Positions 1 to 11,098 of a stretch of 12,420 bases of DNA are shown here, piece by piece. Under the pieces are notes generated by a model, which worked only from the letters and a program-made list of their open reading frames with translations, made no database searches and was not told the DNA's origin. The stretch is from a virus (lineage: Duplodnaviria > Heunggongvirae > Uroviricota > Caudoviricetes). The position numbers were made by a program, and so were the translations under genes. The stretch lies in the IMG/VR virus record IMGVR_UViG_2617270975_000005. One strand, written 5' to 3'. Every line of letters begins with the position of its first letter. Within the stretch, counting starts at the first letter, position 1.

Positions 1-35
1 GATTTAGTGTATGATGGTGTTTTTGAGGTGCTCCA

Positions 36-311
36 GTGGCTTCTGTTTCTATCAGCTGTCCCTCCTGTTCAGCTACTGACGGGGTGGTGCGTAACGGCAA
101 AAGCACCGCCGGACATCAGCGCTATCTCTGCTCTCACTGCCGTAAAACATGGCAACTGCAGTTCACTTACACCGCTTCTCAACCCGGTACGCACCAGAAA
201 ATCATTGATATGGCCATGAATGGCGTTGGATGCCGGGCAACAGCCCGCATTATGGGCGTTGGCCTCAACACGATTTTACGTCACTTAAAAAACTCAGGCC
301 GCAGTCGGTAA
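36..311 (+). CDS. insA: IS1 InsA (small DNA-binding transposition inhibitor, N-terminal Cys-rich zinc-finger-like region), GTG start
   Basis: 91-aa [25 protein letters not shown]...LKNSGRSR matches InsA as I recall it, with a C-x2-C...C-x2-C motif. Start codon is GTG at 36. Confidence 0.93.
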
Positions 312-733
312 CCTCGCGCATACAGCCGGGCAGTGACGTCATCGTCTGCGCGGAAATGGACGAACAGTGGGGATACGTCGGGGCTAAATCGCGCCAGCGC
401 TGGCTGTTTTACGCGTATGACAGGCTCCGGAAGACGGTTGTTGCGCACGTATTCGGTGAACGCACTATGGCGACGCTGGGGCGTCTTATGAGCCTGCTGT
501 CACCCTTTGACGTGGTGATATGGATGACGGATGGCTGGCCGCTGTATGAATCCCGCCTGAAGGGAAAGCTGCACGTAATCAGCAAGCGATATACGCAGCG
601 AATTGAGCGGCATAACCTGAATCTGAGGCAGCACCTGGCACGGCTGGGACGGAAGTCGCTGTCGTTCTCAAAATCGGTGGAGCTGCATGACAAAGTCATC
701 GGGCATTATCTGAACATAAAACACTATCAATAA
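230..733 (+). CDS. insB: IS1 InsB reading frame; expected to be expressed mainly as the InsAB' transposase fusion by -1 frameshifting from insA
   Basis: 167-aa [19 protein letters not shown]...HYLNIKHYQ matches InsB as I recall it. It overlaps the insA 3' end in the -1 frame. Confidence 0.9.
287..293 (+). other. A6C slippery heptamer (AAAAAAC) for programmed -1 ribosomal frameshift, insA to insB
   Basis: AAAAAAC lies in the insA frame (codons TTA AAA AAC) inside the insA/insB overlap, just upstream of the insA stop at 309-311. This is the position described for IS1 frameshifting. Confidence 0.8.
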
Positions 734-750
734 GTTGGAGTCATTACCTA

Positions 751-776
751 GCCTCGCATTCGCGGGGCTTTTTATT
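751..776 (+). terminator. Rho-independent terminator-like hairpin directly after the IS1 right end
   Basis: GCCTCGC-ATTC-GCGGGGC forms a 7-bp GC-rich stem (one G-U pair) with a 4-nt loop, followed by TTTTTATT. The T-tract is only on the plus strand. Confidence 0.5.
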
Positions 777-1067
777 GCCATTACAAAAGCCACTTCCTAC
801 AGAGTGGCTTTGATAATGGTTTATACCCTACACGGGATAACTTAACTGATATCCCTTTTAAAGGATAAAGGTATTCAAGCCTGACACATCATGCGCTGTA
901 TCGTCGCCGTATTCCCGTATTAACAGAGACCGTAGCCCGACGGGGAACTCCTTCTGCGCGAGTGTGCGGGAATAATCAAAAACGATGCACACCGGGGTTA
1001 CCGGGTACACATATTTCATCATGCCAGCGAGTCCGGTTCTGGCACGGAAGAAACCGGACGTTATGAT

Positions 1068-1478
1068 TTAGTGCGGAAATATTTGTGTAGTGTTCTGAAT
1101 GTTCTCAGTAAAGAGTAATGAATTATCAAAGGTATAGTAATACCTTTTGTTTTCGTGGATATTTGTAATCCATCTGAAAACCCCTGCTGTAGCAAGATTT
1201 TTCCTGTATTCGTAAAATGATAACTCTCCTGATTTGAATCCTTTTAAGGTGGCTTCTATAAGGCATTTATTTTTTGAAAATCTTACATTTACAACCTTAC
1301 CCTGTCCTTTTATTAAAACCGTATTATCGTTTTCAAGAACAAGATGAATATTCTCTGTAGCTAAATAGTAAATGTAATGTGAGACATTGTGACGTTTTAG
1401 TTCAGAATAAAACCAGTGATAGTTTAAATTATTTCGCACTTTATCGAATATTTGTTTAAAAATGGCAACCTGAGCCAT
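1068..1478 (-). CDS. Hypothetical prophage accessory (moron) protein, 136 aa, AT-rich; possibly a YbcV/DUF1398-like protein (identity unverified)
   Basis: Six-frame ORF 1068-1493 on the minus strand. I place the start at the second in-frame ATG (1478) because GGAAGG lies 7 nt upstream, whereas the first ATG (1493) has no Shine-Dalgarno. G+C is about 30% by hand count, against more than 50% in the flanking phage genes. It is co-oriented with the upstream 77-aa ORF, about 55 bp apart. Confidence 0.6.
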   Translation of the reverse strand: MAQVAIFKQIFDKVRNNLNYHWFYSELKRHNVSHYIYYLATENIHLVLENDNTVLIKGQGKVVNVRFSKNKCLIEATLKGFKSGELSFYEYRKNLATAGVFRWITNIHENKRYYYTFDNSLLFTENIQNTTQIFPH

Positions 1479-1534
1479 TGTAGTACCTTCCATGTGATAT
1501 GAGGGGCGTAGTCTGCACGATTATCTAAATTGCT

Positions 1535-1768
1535 TCAATCTGGTCTGATCTGTTTTCTGAGCAATTCAGTAATGTCACTCTTTTCTTTGTTTGCTTCAGG
1601 AGAAACTCTTTTTTCTGAGCACAGTCTCCGGCGGCAGGCTTCAATGACCCAGGCTGAGAAATTCCCGGACCCTTTTTGATCAAGAGCGATGTTAATTTGT
1701 TCAATCATTTGGTTAGGAAAGCGGATGTTGCGGATTGTTGTTCTGCGGGTTCTGTTCTTCGTTGACAT
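1535..1768 (-). CDS. Small basic protein, 77 aa, with probable ribbon-helix-helix-type DNA-binding N-terminus; possibly YlcI/DUF3950-like (identity unverified)
   Basis: ORF MSTKNRTRRTTIRNIRFPNQMIEQINIALDQKGSGNFSAWVIEACRRRL... has a basic N-terminus and a strand/helix pattern that suggests an RHH fold. GGGA lies about 8 nt upstream of the ATG. It sits immediately left of cos, divergent from nu1. Confidence 0.6.
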   Translation of the reverse strand: MSTKNRTRRTTIRNIRFPNQMIEQINIALDQKGSGNFSAWVIEACRRRLCSEKRVSPEANKEKSDITELLRKQIRPD

Positions 1769-1934
1769 GAGGTTGTCCCGTATTTAGTGTCGCTGATTTG
1801 TATTGTCTGAAGTTGTTTTTACGTTAAGTTGATGCAGATCAATTAATATGATACCTGCGTCATAATTGATTATTTGACGTGGTTTGATGGCGTAGATGCA
1901 CGTTGTGACATGCAGATGATAATTATTATCATTT

Positions 1935-2140
1935 TGCGGGTCCTTTCCGGCGATCCGACAGGTTACGGGGCGGCGACCTCGCGGGTTTTCGCTATTTATG
2001 AAAATTTTCCGGTTTAAGGTGTTTCCGTTCTTCTTCGTCGTAACTTAATGTTTTTATTTAAAATACCCCCTGAAAAGAAAGGAAACGACAGGTGCTGAAA
2101 GCGAGCTTTTTGGCCTCTGTCGTTTCCTTTCTCTGTTTTT
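1935..2140 (+). promoter_or_regulatory. cos: Phage cos site (cosQ - cosN - cosB): terminase recognition and cutting region
   Basis: Contains ...ATCCGACAGGTTACG|GGGCGGCGACCTCGCGGGTTTTCGCTATTTATG..., the lambda right-end/left-end junction as I recall it. Followed by three GTTTCC-type repeats at about 2020-2035, 2075-2090 (inverted) and 2118-2133, which I read as R3, R2 and R1, with an A/T-rich stretch between R3 and R2 in the position of the IHF site. nu1 starts 189 bp after the cohesive-end start. Confidence 0.9.
1968..1979 (+). other. cosN: cosN 12-nt cohesive-end sequence GGGCGGCGACCT (staggered nick region)
   Basis: Exact 12-mer that I recognise as the lambda cohesive end, preceded by GGTTACG. 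Confidence 0.88.
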
Positions 2141-2156
2141 GTCCGTGGAATGAACA

Positions 2157-2676
2157 ATGGAAGTCAACAAAAAGCAGCTGGCTGACATTTTCGGTGCGAG
2201 TATCCGTACCATTCAGAACTGGCAGGAACAGGGAATGCCCGTTCTGCGAGGCGGTGGCAAGGGTAATGAGGTGCTTTATGACTCTGCCGCCGTCATAAAA
2301 TGGTATGCCAAAAGGGATGCTGAAATTGAGAACGAAAAGCTGCGCCGGGAGGTTGAAGAACTGCGGCAGGCCAGCGAGGCAGATCTCCAGCCAGGGACTA
2401 TTGAGTACGAACGCCATCGACTTACGCGTGCGCAGGCCGACGCACAGGAACTGAAGAATGCCAGAGACTCCGCTGAAGTGGTGGAAACCGCATTCTGTAC
2501 TTTCGTGCTGTCGCGGATCGCAGGTGAAATTGCCAGTATTCTCGACGGGATCCCCCTGTCGGTGCAGCGGCGTTTTCCGGAACTGGAAAACCGACATGTT
2601 GATTTCCTGAAACGGGATATCATCAAAGCCATGAACAAAGCAGCCGCGCTGGATGAACTGATACCGGGGTTGCTGA

Positions 2677-2702
<26 letters not shown>
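2157..2702 (+). CDS. nu1: Terminase small subunit (cosB-binding, winged-HTH N-terminus)
   Basis: 181-aa ORF MEVNKKQLADIFGASIRTIQNWQEQGMPVLRGGGKG... is near-identical to lambda Nu1 as I recall it. Correct distance from cos; 3' end overlaps the A start by 26 nt. Confidence 0.97.
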
Positions 2703-6383
<3,681 letters not shown>

Positions 6384-6403
<20 letters not shown>

Positions 6404-7703
6404 TCTCCCGCATATTGCCAGTATGGCCTTTAATGAGCCGCTGATGCTTGAACCCGCCTATGCGCGGGTTTTCTTTTGTGCGCTTGCAGGCCAGCTTGGG
6501 ATCAGCCGCCTGACGGATGCGGTGTCCGGCGACAGCCTGACTGCCGGAGAGGCACCCGCGGCGCTGGCGTTATCCGTTGATGATGACGGACCACGACAGG
6601 CCCGCAGTTATCAGGTCATGAACGGCATCGCCGTGCTGCCGGTGTCCGGCACGCTGGTCAGCCGGACGCGGGCGCTGCAGCCGTATTCGGGGATGACCGG
6701 TTACAACGGCATTATCGCCCGTCTGCAACAGGCTGCCAGCGATCCGATGGTGGACGGCATTCTGCTGGATATGGACACACCGGGCGGGATGGTGGCGGGA
6801 GCATTTGACTGTGCTGACATCATCGCCCGTGTGCGAGACATAAAACCGGTATGGGCGCTGGCCAACGACATGAACTGCAGTGCAGGTCAGCTGCTTGCCA
6901 GCGCCGCCTCCCGGCGTCTGGTCACGCAGACCGCCCGGACAGGCTCCATCGGCGTCATGATGGCTCACAGTAATTACGGTGCTGCGCTGGAGAAACAGGG
7001 CGTGGAAATCACGCTGATTTACAGCGGCAGCCATAAGGTGGATGGCAACCCCTACAGCCATCTACCGGATGATGTCCGGGAAACACTGCAGTCCCGGATG
7101 GATGCAACCCGCCGGATGTTTGCACAGAAGGTGTCGGCATATACCGGCCTGTCCGTGCAGGCTGTGCTGGATACCGAGGCTGCAGTGTACAGCGGTCAGG
7201 AGGCCATTGATGCCGGACTGGCTGATGAACTTGTGAACAGTACCGATGCGATCACCGTCATGCGTGATGCACTGGATGCACGTAAATCCCGTCTCTCAGG
7301 AGGGCGAATGACCAAAGAGACTCAATCAACAACTGTTTCAGCCACTGCTTCGCAGGCTGACGTTACTGGCGTGGTGCAAGCGACGGAGGGCGAGAACGCC
7401 AGCGCTGCGCAGCCGGACGTGAACGCGCAGATCACCGCAGCGGTTGCGGCAGAAAACAGTCGCATTATGGGGATCCTCAACTGTGAGGAGGCTCACGGAC
7501 GCGAAGAACAGGCATGCGTGCTGGCCGAAACCCCCGGTATGACCGTGGAAACGGCCCGCCGTATTCTGGCCGCAGCACCACAGAGTGCACAGGCGCGCAG
7601 TGACACTGCGCTGGATCGTCTGATGCAGGGGGCACCGGCACCGCTGGCTGCAGGTAACCCGGCATCTGATGCCGTTAACGATTTGCTGAACACACCAGTG
7701 TAA
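6384..7703 (+). CDS. C: Prohead protease / minor capsid protein C (S49 ClpP-like family), GTG start
   Basis: The six-frame ORF starts at 6249, but the lambda-like protein begins VTAELRNLPHIASMAFNEPLM at GTG 6384, preceded by GAGGAGGAG. That start gives 439 aa, the lambda gpC length, and overlaps the B 3' end by 20 nt. Confidence 0.93.
7098..7703 (+). CDS. nu3: Scaffolding protein Nu3, nested in-frame in the 3' third of C (shared stop)
   Basis: In-frame ATG at 7098 gives MDATRRMFAQKVSAYTGLSVQ..., 201 aa, matching lambda Nu3 and its nested arrangement. Confidence 0.85.
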   Translation: MDATRRMFAQKVSAYTGLSVQAVLDTEAAVYSGQEAIDAGLADELVNSTDAITVMRDALDARKSRLSGGRMTKETQSTTVSATASQADVTGVVQATEGENASAAQPDVNAQITAAVAAENSRIMGILNCEEAHGREEQACVLAETPGMTVETARRILAAAPQSAQARSDTALDRLMQGAPAPLAAGNPASDAVNDLLNTPV

Positions 7704-7712
7704 GGGATGTTT

Positions 7713-8045
7713 ATGACGAGCAAAGAAACCTTTACCCATTACCAGCCGCTGGGCAACAGTGACCCGGCACATACGGCAACCGCGCCCGGCGGATTGAGTG
7801 CGAAAGCGCCTGCAATGACCCCGCTGATGCTGGATACCTCCACCCGTAAGCTGGTTGCGTGGGATGGCACCACCGACGGTGCTGCCGTTGGCATTCTGGC
7901 GGTTGATGCTGACCAGACCAGCACCACGCTGACGTTCTACAAGTCCGGCACGTTCCGTTATGAGGATGTGCTCTGGCCGGAGGCTGCCAGCGACGAGACG
8001 AAAAAACGGACCGCGTTTGCCGGAACGGCAATCAGCATCGTTTAA
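7713..8045 (+). CDS. D: Head decoration protein D
   Basis: [43 protein letters not shown]...; 110 aa from ATG 7713 with AAGGGA upstream. The ORF track begins two codons earlier at 7707. Matches lambda gpD. Confidence 0.95.
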   Translation: MTSKETFTHYQPLGNSDPAHTATAPGGLSAKAPAMTPLMLDTSTRKLVAWDGTTDGAAVGILAVDADQTSTTLTFYKSGTFRYEDVLWPEAASDETKKRTAFAGTAISIV

Positions 8046-8063
8046 CTTTACCCTTCATCACTA

Positions 8064-8087
8064 AAGGCCGCCTGTGCGGCTTTTTTT
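8064..8087 (+). terminator. Stem-loop with T-tract in the D-E intergenic region (intrinsic terminator-like or RNA-stability/processing element)
   Basis: AAGCCGC-CTGT-GCGGCTT followed by TTTTTTT: a 5-bp G/C stem extended by A-T pairs, 4-nt loop, U-run, lying between the D stop (8045) and the E start (8101). Confidence 0.5.
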
Positions 8088-8100
8088 ACGGGATTTTTTT

Positions 8101-9126
8101 ATGTCGATGTACACAACCGCCCAGCTGCTGGCGGCAAATGAGCAGAAATTTAAGTTTGATCCGCTGTTTCTGCGTCTCTTTTTCCGTGAGAGCTATCCCT
8201 TCACTACGGAGAAAGTCTATCTCTCACAAATTCCGGGACTGGTAAACATGGCGCTGTACGTTTCGCCGATTGTTTCCGGTGAGGTTATCCGTTCCCGTGG
8301 CGGCTCCACCTCTGAATTTACGCCGGGATATGTCAAACCCAAGCATGAAGTGAATCCGCAGATGACCCTGCGTCGCCTGCCGGATGAAGATCCGCAGAAT
8401 CTGGCGGACCCGGCTTACCGCCGCCGTCGCATCATCCTGCAGAACATGCGTGACGAAGAGCTGGCCATTGCTCAGGTCGAAGAGATGCAGGCAGTTTCTG
8501 CCGTGCTCAAGGGCAAATACACCATGACCGGTGAAGCCTTCGATCCGGTTGAGGTGGATATGGGCCGCAGTGCGGCGAACAACATCACGCAGTCCGGCGG
8601 CACGGAGTGGAGCAAGCGTGACAAGTCCACGTATGACCCGACCGACGATATCGAAGCCTACGCGCTGAACGCCAGCGGAGTGGTGAATATCATCGTGTTT
8701 GATCCGAAAGGCTGGGCGCTGTTCCGTTCCTTCAAAGCCGTCAAGGAGAAGCTGGATACCCGTCGCGGCTCTCATTCCGAGCTGGAGACAGCGGTGAAAG
8801 ACCTGGGTAAAGCGGTGTCCTATAAGGGGATGTATGGCGATGTGGCCATCGTCGTGTATTCCGGACAGTACGTGGAAAACGGCGTCAAAAAGAACTTCCT
8901 GCCGGACAACACGATGGTGCTGGGTAACACTCATGCACGCGGTCTGCGCACCTATGGCTGTATTCAGGATGCGGATGCATTGAGTGAGGGTATTAATGCG
9001 TCTCCCCGTTATCCGAAAAACTGGAAGACATCCGGCGATCCGGCGCGAGAGTTCACCATGATTCAGTCAGCACCGCTGATGCTGCTGGCTGATCCTGATG
9101 AGTTCGTGTCCGTTCAACTGGCGTAA
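8101..9126 (+). CDS. E: Major capsid protein E
   Basis: MSMYTTAQLLAANEQKFKFDPLFLRLFFRESYPFTTEKVYLSQIPGL...; 341 aa from ATG 8101, the lambda gpE length. The ORF-track start at 8074 is a GTG inside the upstream hairpin and is rejected. Confidence 0.96.
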   Translation: MSMYTTAQLLAANEQKFKFDPLFLRLFFRESYPFTTEKVYLSQIPGLVNMALYVSPIVSGEVIRSRGGSTSEFTPGYVKPKHEVNPQMTLRRLPDEDPQNLADPAYRRRRIILQNMRDEELAIAQVEEMQAVSAVLKGKYTMTGEAFDPVEVDMGRSAANNITQSGGTEWSKRDKSTYDPTDDIEAYALNASGVVNIIVFDPKGWALFRSFKAVKEKLDTRRGSHSELETAVKDLGKAVSYKGMYGDVAIVVYSGQYVENGVKKNFLPDNTMVLGNTHARGLRTYGCIQDADALSEGINASPRYPKNWKTSGDPAREFTMIQSAPLMLLADPDEFVSVQLA

Positions 9127-9167
9127 TCATGGCCCTTCGGGGCCATTGTTTCTCTGTGGAGGAGTCC

Positions 9168-9563
9168 ATGACGAAAGATGAACTGATTGCCCGTCTCCGC
9201 TCGCTGGGTGAACAACTGAACCGTGATATCAGCCTGACGGGGACGAAAGAAGAACTGGCGCTCCGTGTGGCAGAGCTGGAAGAAGAGCTTGATGACACGG
9301 GCGACACTGCCGATCAGGATACCCCTCTCAGCCCGGAAAATGTGCTGACCGGACATGAAAATGAGGTTGTATCAGCGCAGCCGGATACCGTGACTGATAC
9401 GGCTGATCTGGTCACGGTTGTGGCACTGGTGACGCTGCATACTGATGCACTTCACGCCACGCGGGATGAGGCTGTGGCATTTGTGCTGCCGGGAACGGCG
9501 TTCCGTGTCTCTGCCGGTGTGGCAGCTGAAATGACAGAGCGCGGCCTGGCCAGAATGCAATAA
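9168..9563 (+). CDS. FI: DNA packaging / head assembly protein FI
   Basis: MTKDELIARLRSLGEQLNRD... from ATG 9168 with GGAGGAG upstream; 131 aa. Lambda-like, but with clustered substitutions and one codon fewer than the lambda FI I recall. Confidence 0.9.
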   Translation: MTKDELIARLRSLGEQLNRDISLTGTKEELALRVAELEEELDDTGDTADQDTPLSPENVLTGHENEVVSAQPDTVTDTADLVTVVALVTLHTDALHATRDEAVAFVLPGTAFRVSAGVAAEMTERGLARMQ

Positions 9564-9574
9564 CGGGAGGCGCT

Positions 9575-9928
9575 GTGGCTGATTTCGATAACCTGTTCGA
9601 TGCTGCCATTGCCTGCGCCGATGAAACGATACGCGGGTACATGGGAACGTCAGCCACCATGACATCCGGTGAGCAGTCCGGTGCTGTGATACGTGGTGTT
9701 TTTGATGACCCTGAAAATATCAGCTATGCCGGACAGGGCGTGCGCGTTGAAGGCTCCAGCCCGTCCCTGTTTGTCCGGACTGATGATGTGCGGCAGCTGC
9801 GGCGCGGCGACACGCTGACCATCGGTGAGGAAAACTTCTGGATAGACCGGATTTCGCCGGATGATGGCGGAAGCTGTCATCTCTGGCTTGGGCGGGGCGT
9901 ACCGCCTGCCGTTAACCGTCGCCGCTGA
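9575..9928 (+). CDS. FII: Head-tail connector / head completion protein FII (GTG start)
   Basis: 117-aa ORF MADFDNLFDAAIACADETIRGYMGTSATMTSGEQSG... matches lambda gpFII. Start-codon identity (GTG) is inferred from lambda; my hand count of that line was off by one, so I rely on the ORF-track coordinate. Confidence 0.95.
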   Translation: MADFDNLFDAAIACADETIRGYMGTSATMTSGEQSGAVIRGVFDDPENISYAGQGVRVEGSSPSLFVRTDDVRQLRRGDTLTIGEENFWIDRISPDDGGSCHLWLGRGVPPAVNRRR

Positions 9929-9939
9929 AAGGGGGATGT

Positions 9940-10518
9940 ATGGCCATAAAAGGTCTTGAGCAGGCCGTTGAAAACCTCAGCCGTATCAGCAGAACGGCGG
10001 TGCCCGGTGCCGCCGCAATGGCCATTAACCGCGTTGCTTCATCCGCGATATCGCAGTCGGTGGCACAGGTTGCCCGTGAGACAAAGGTACGCCGGAAACT
10101 GGTAAAGGAAAGGGCCAGGCTGAAAAGGGCCACGGTCAAAAATCCGCAGGCCAGAATCAGGGTTAATCGGGGGGATTTGCCCGTAATCAAGCTGGGTAAC
10201 GCGCGGGTTGTCCTTTCCCGCCGCAGACGTCGTAAAAAGGGGCAGCGTTCATCCCTGAAAGGTGGCGGCAGCGTGCTTGTGGTGGGAAACCGTCGTATTC
10301 CCGGCGCGTTTATTCAGCAACTGAAAAATGGCCGGTGGCATGTCATGCAGCGTGTGGCCGGGAAAAACCGTTACCCCATTGATGTGGTGAAAATCCCGAT
10401 GGCGGTGCCGCTTACCACGGCGTTTAAACAGAATATTGAACGGATACGGCGTGAACGTCTTCCGAAAGAGCTGGGCTATGCGCTGCAGCATCAACTGAGA
10501 ATGGTAATAAAGCGATGA
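9940..10518 (+). CDS. Z: Tail completion / minor tail protein Z
   Basis: 192-aa ORF MAIKGLEQAVENLSRISRTAVPGAAAMAINRV... matches lambda gpZ in length and sequence. Confidence 0.95.
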   Translation: MAIKGLEQAVENLSRISRTAVPGAAAMAINRVASSAISQSVAQVARETKVRRKLVKERARLKRATVKNPQARIRVNRGDLPVIKLGNARVVLSRRRRRKKGQRSSLKGGGSVLVVGNRRIPGAFIQQLKNGRWHVMQRVAGKNRYPIDVVKIPMAVPLTTAFKQNIERIRRERLPKELGYALQHQLRMVIKR

Positions 10519-10910
10519 AACATACTGAACTCCGTGCAGCCGTACTGGATGCACTGGAGAAGCATGACACCGGGGCGACGCTTTTTGATGGTCGCCCCGC
10601 TGTTTTTGATGAGGCGGATTTTCCGGCAGTTGCCGTTTATCTCACCGGCGCTGAATACACGGGCGAAGAGCTGGACAGCGATACCTGGCAGGCGGAGCTG
10701 CATATCGAAGTTTTCCTGCCTGCTCAGGTGCCGGATTCAGAGCTGGATGCGTGGATGGAGTCCCGGATTTATCCGGTGATGAGCGATATCCCGGCACTGT
10801 CAGATTTGATCACCAGTATGGTGGCCAGCGGCTATGACTACCGGCGCGACGATGATGCGGGCCTGTGGAGTTCAGCCGATCTGACTTATGTCATTACCTA
10901 TGAAATGTGA
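10515..10910 (+). CDS. U: Tail terminator protein U
   Basis: 131-aa [48 protein letters not shown]... matches lambda gpU. ATGA overlap with the Z stop. Confidence 0.95.
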
Positions 10911-10917
10911 GGACGCT

Positions 10918-11049
10918 ATGCCTGTACCAAATCCTACAATGCCGGTGAAAGGTGCCGGGACCACCCTGTGGGTTTATAAGGGGAGCGGTGACCCTTATGC
11001 GAATCCGCTTTCAGACGTTGACTGGTCGCGTCTGGCAAAAGTTAAGTAA
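10918..11049 (+). pseudogene. V: Major tail tube protein V, 5' fragment (43 codons) cut by an IS66-family insertion
   Basis: [43 protein letters not shown] matches the lambda gpV N-terminus, which is about 246 aa. It then runs into a stop supplied by the IS terminus (GTAA); downstream sequence is IS66-family, not V. Confidence 0.88.
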
Positions 11050-11098
11050 CCGGCTCATTTAAACCGTCTGGTCTGTTTCCTCCGGCTCTACAAAAATA

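Larger units (their letters stand above)
1..748 (+). mobile_element. IS1 insertion sequence, truncated by the window edge (first ~20 bp of the 768-bp element lie outside)
   Basis: Window starts GATTTAGTGTATGATGGTG, which I recognise as IS1 from about base 21. insA and insB ORFs are in canonical arrangement. The right terminus ...AAGTTGGAGTCATTACC ends at 748. Left inverted repeat and target duplication cannot be seen. Confidence 0.92.

Noticed and set aside
7-219. 70-aa plus-strand ORF overlapping insA in another frame, and the 96-aa minus-strand ORF at 409-699 inside insB
   Set aside because: Both lie inside IS1 over the established insA/insB frames. I have no sequence-based reason to call them genes.
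2058-2597. 179-aa minus-strand ORF overlapping cosB and nu1
   Set aside because: Antisense to the well-supported nu1 gene and running through cosB; no ribosome-binding site and no recognisable protein features.
6570-7061. 163-aa minus-strand ORF inside C
   Set aside because: Antisense to the prohead protease gene; chance ORF.
8074-8100. N-terminal extensions of E (8074), D (7707) and FI (9129) in the six-frame track
   Set aside because: The internal ATGs at 8101, 7713 and 9168 have proper Shine-Dalgarno sequences and give proteins matching lambda gpE, gpD and gpFI. The extended E start is a GTG inside the D-E hairpin.
8224-8934. 236-aa minus-strand ORF, the longest non-annotated ORF in the window
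   Set aside because: It lies entirely antisense within the major capsid gene E, whose product matches lambda gpE along its full length. Long antisense ORFs are expected by chance in GC-rich coding DNA, and the product is Arg/His-rich low-complexity sequence.
10534-10779. 81-aa plus-strand ORF in an alternative frame within U
   Set aside because: Fully embedded in U, whose frame matches lambda gpU; Arg-rich chance ORF.
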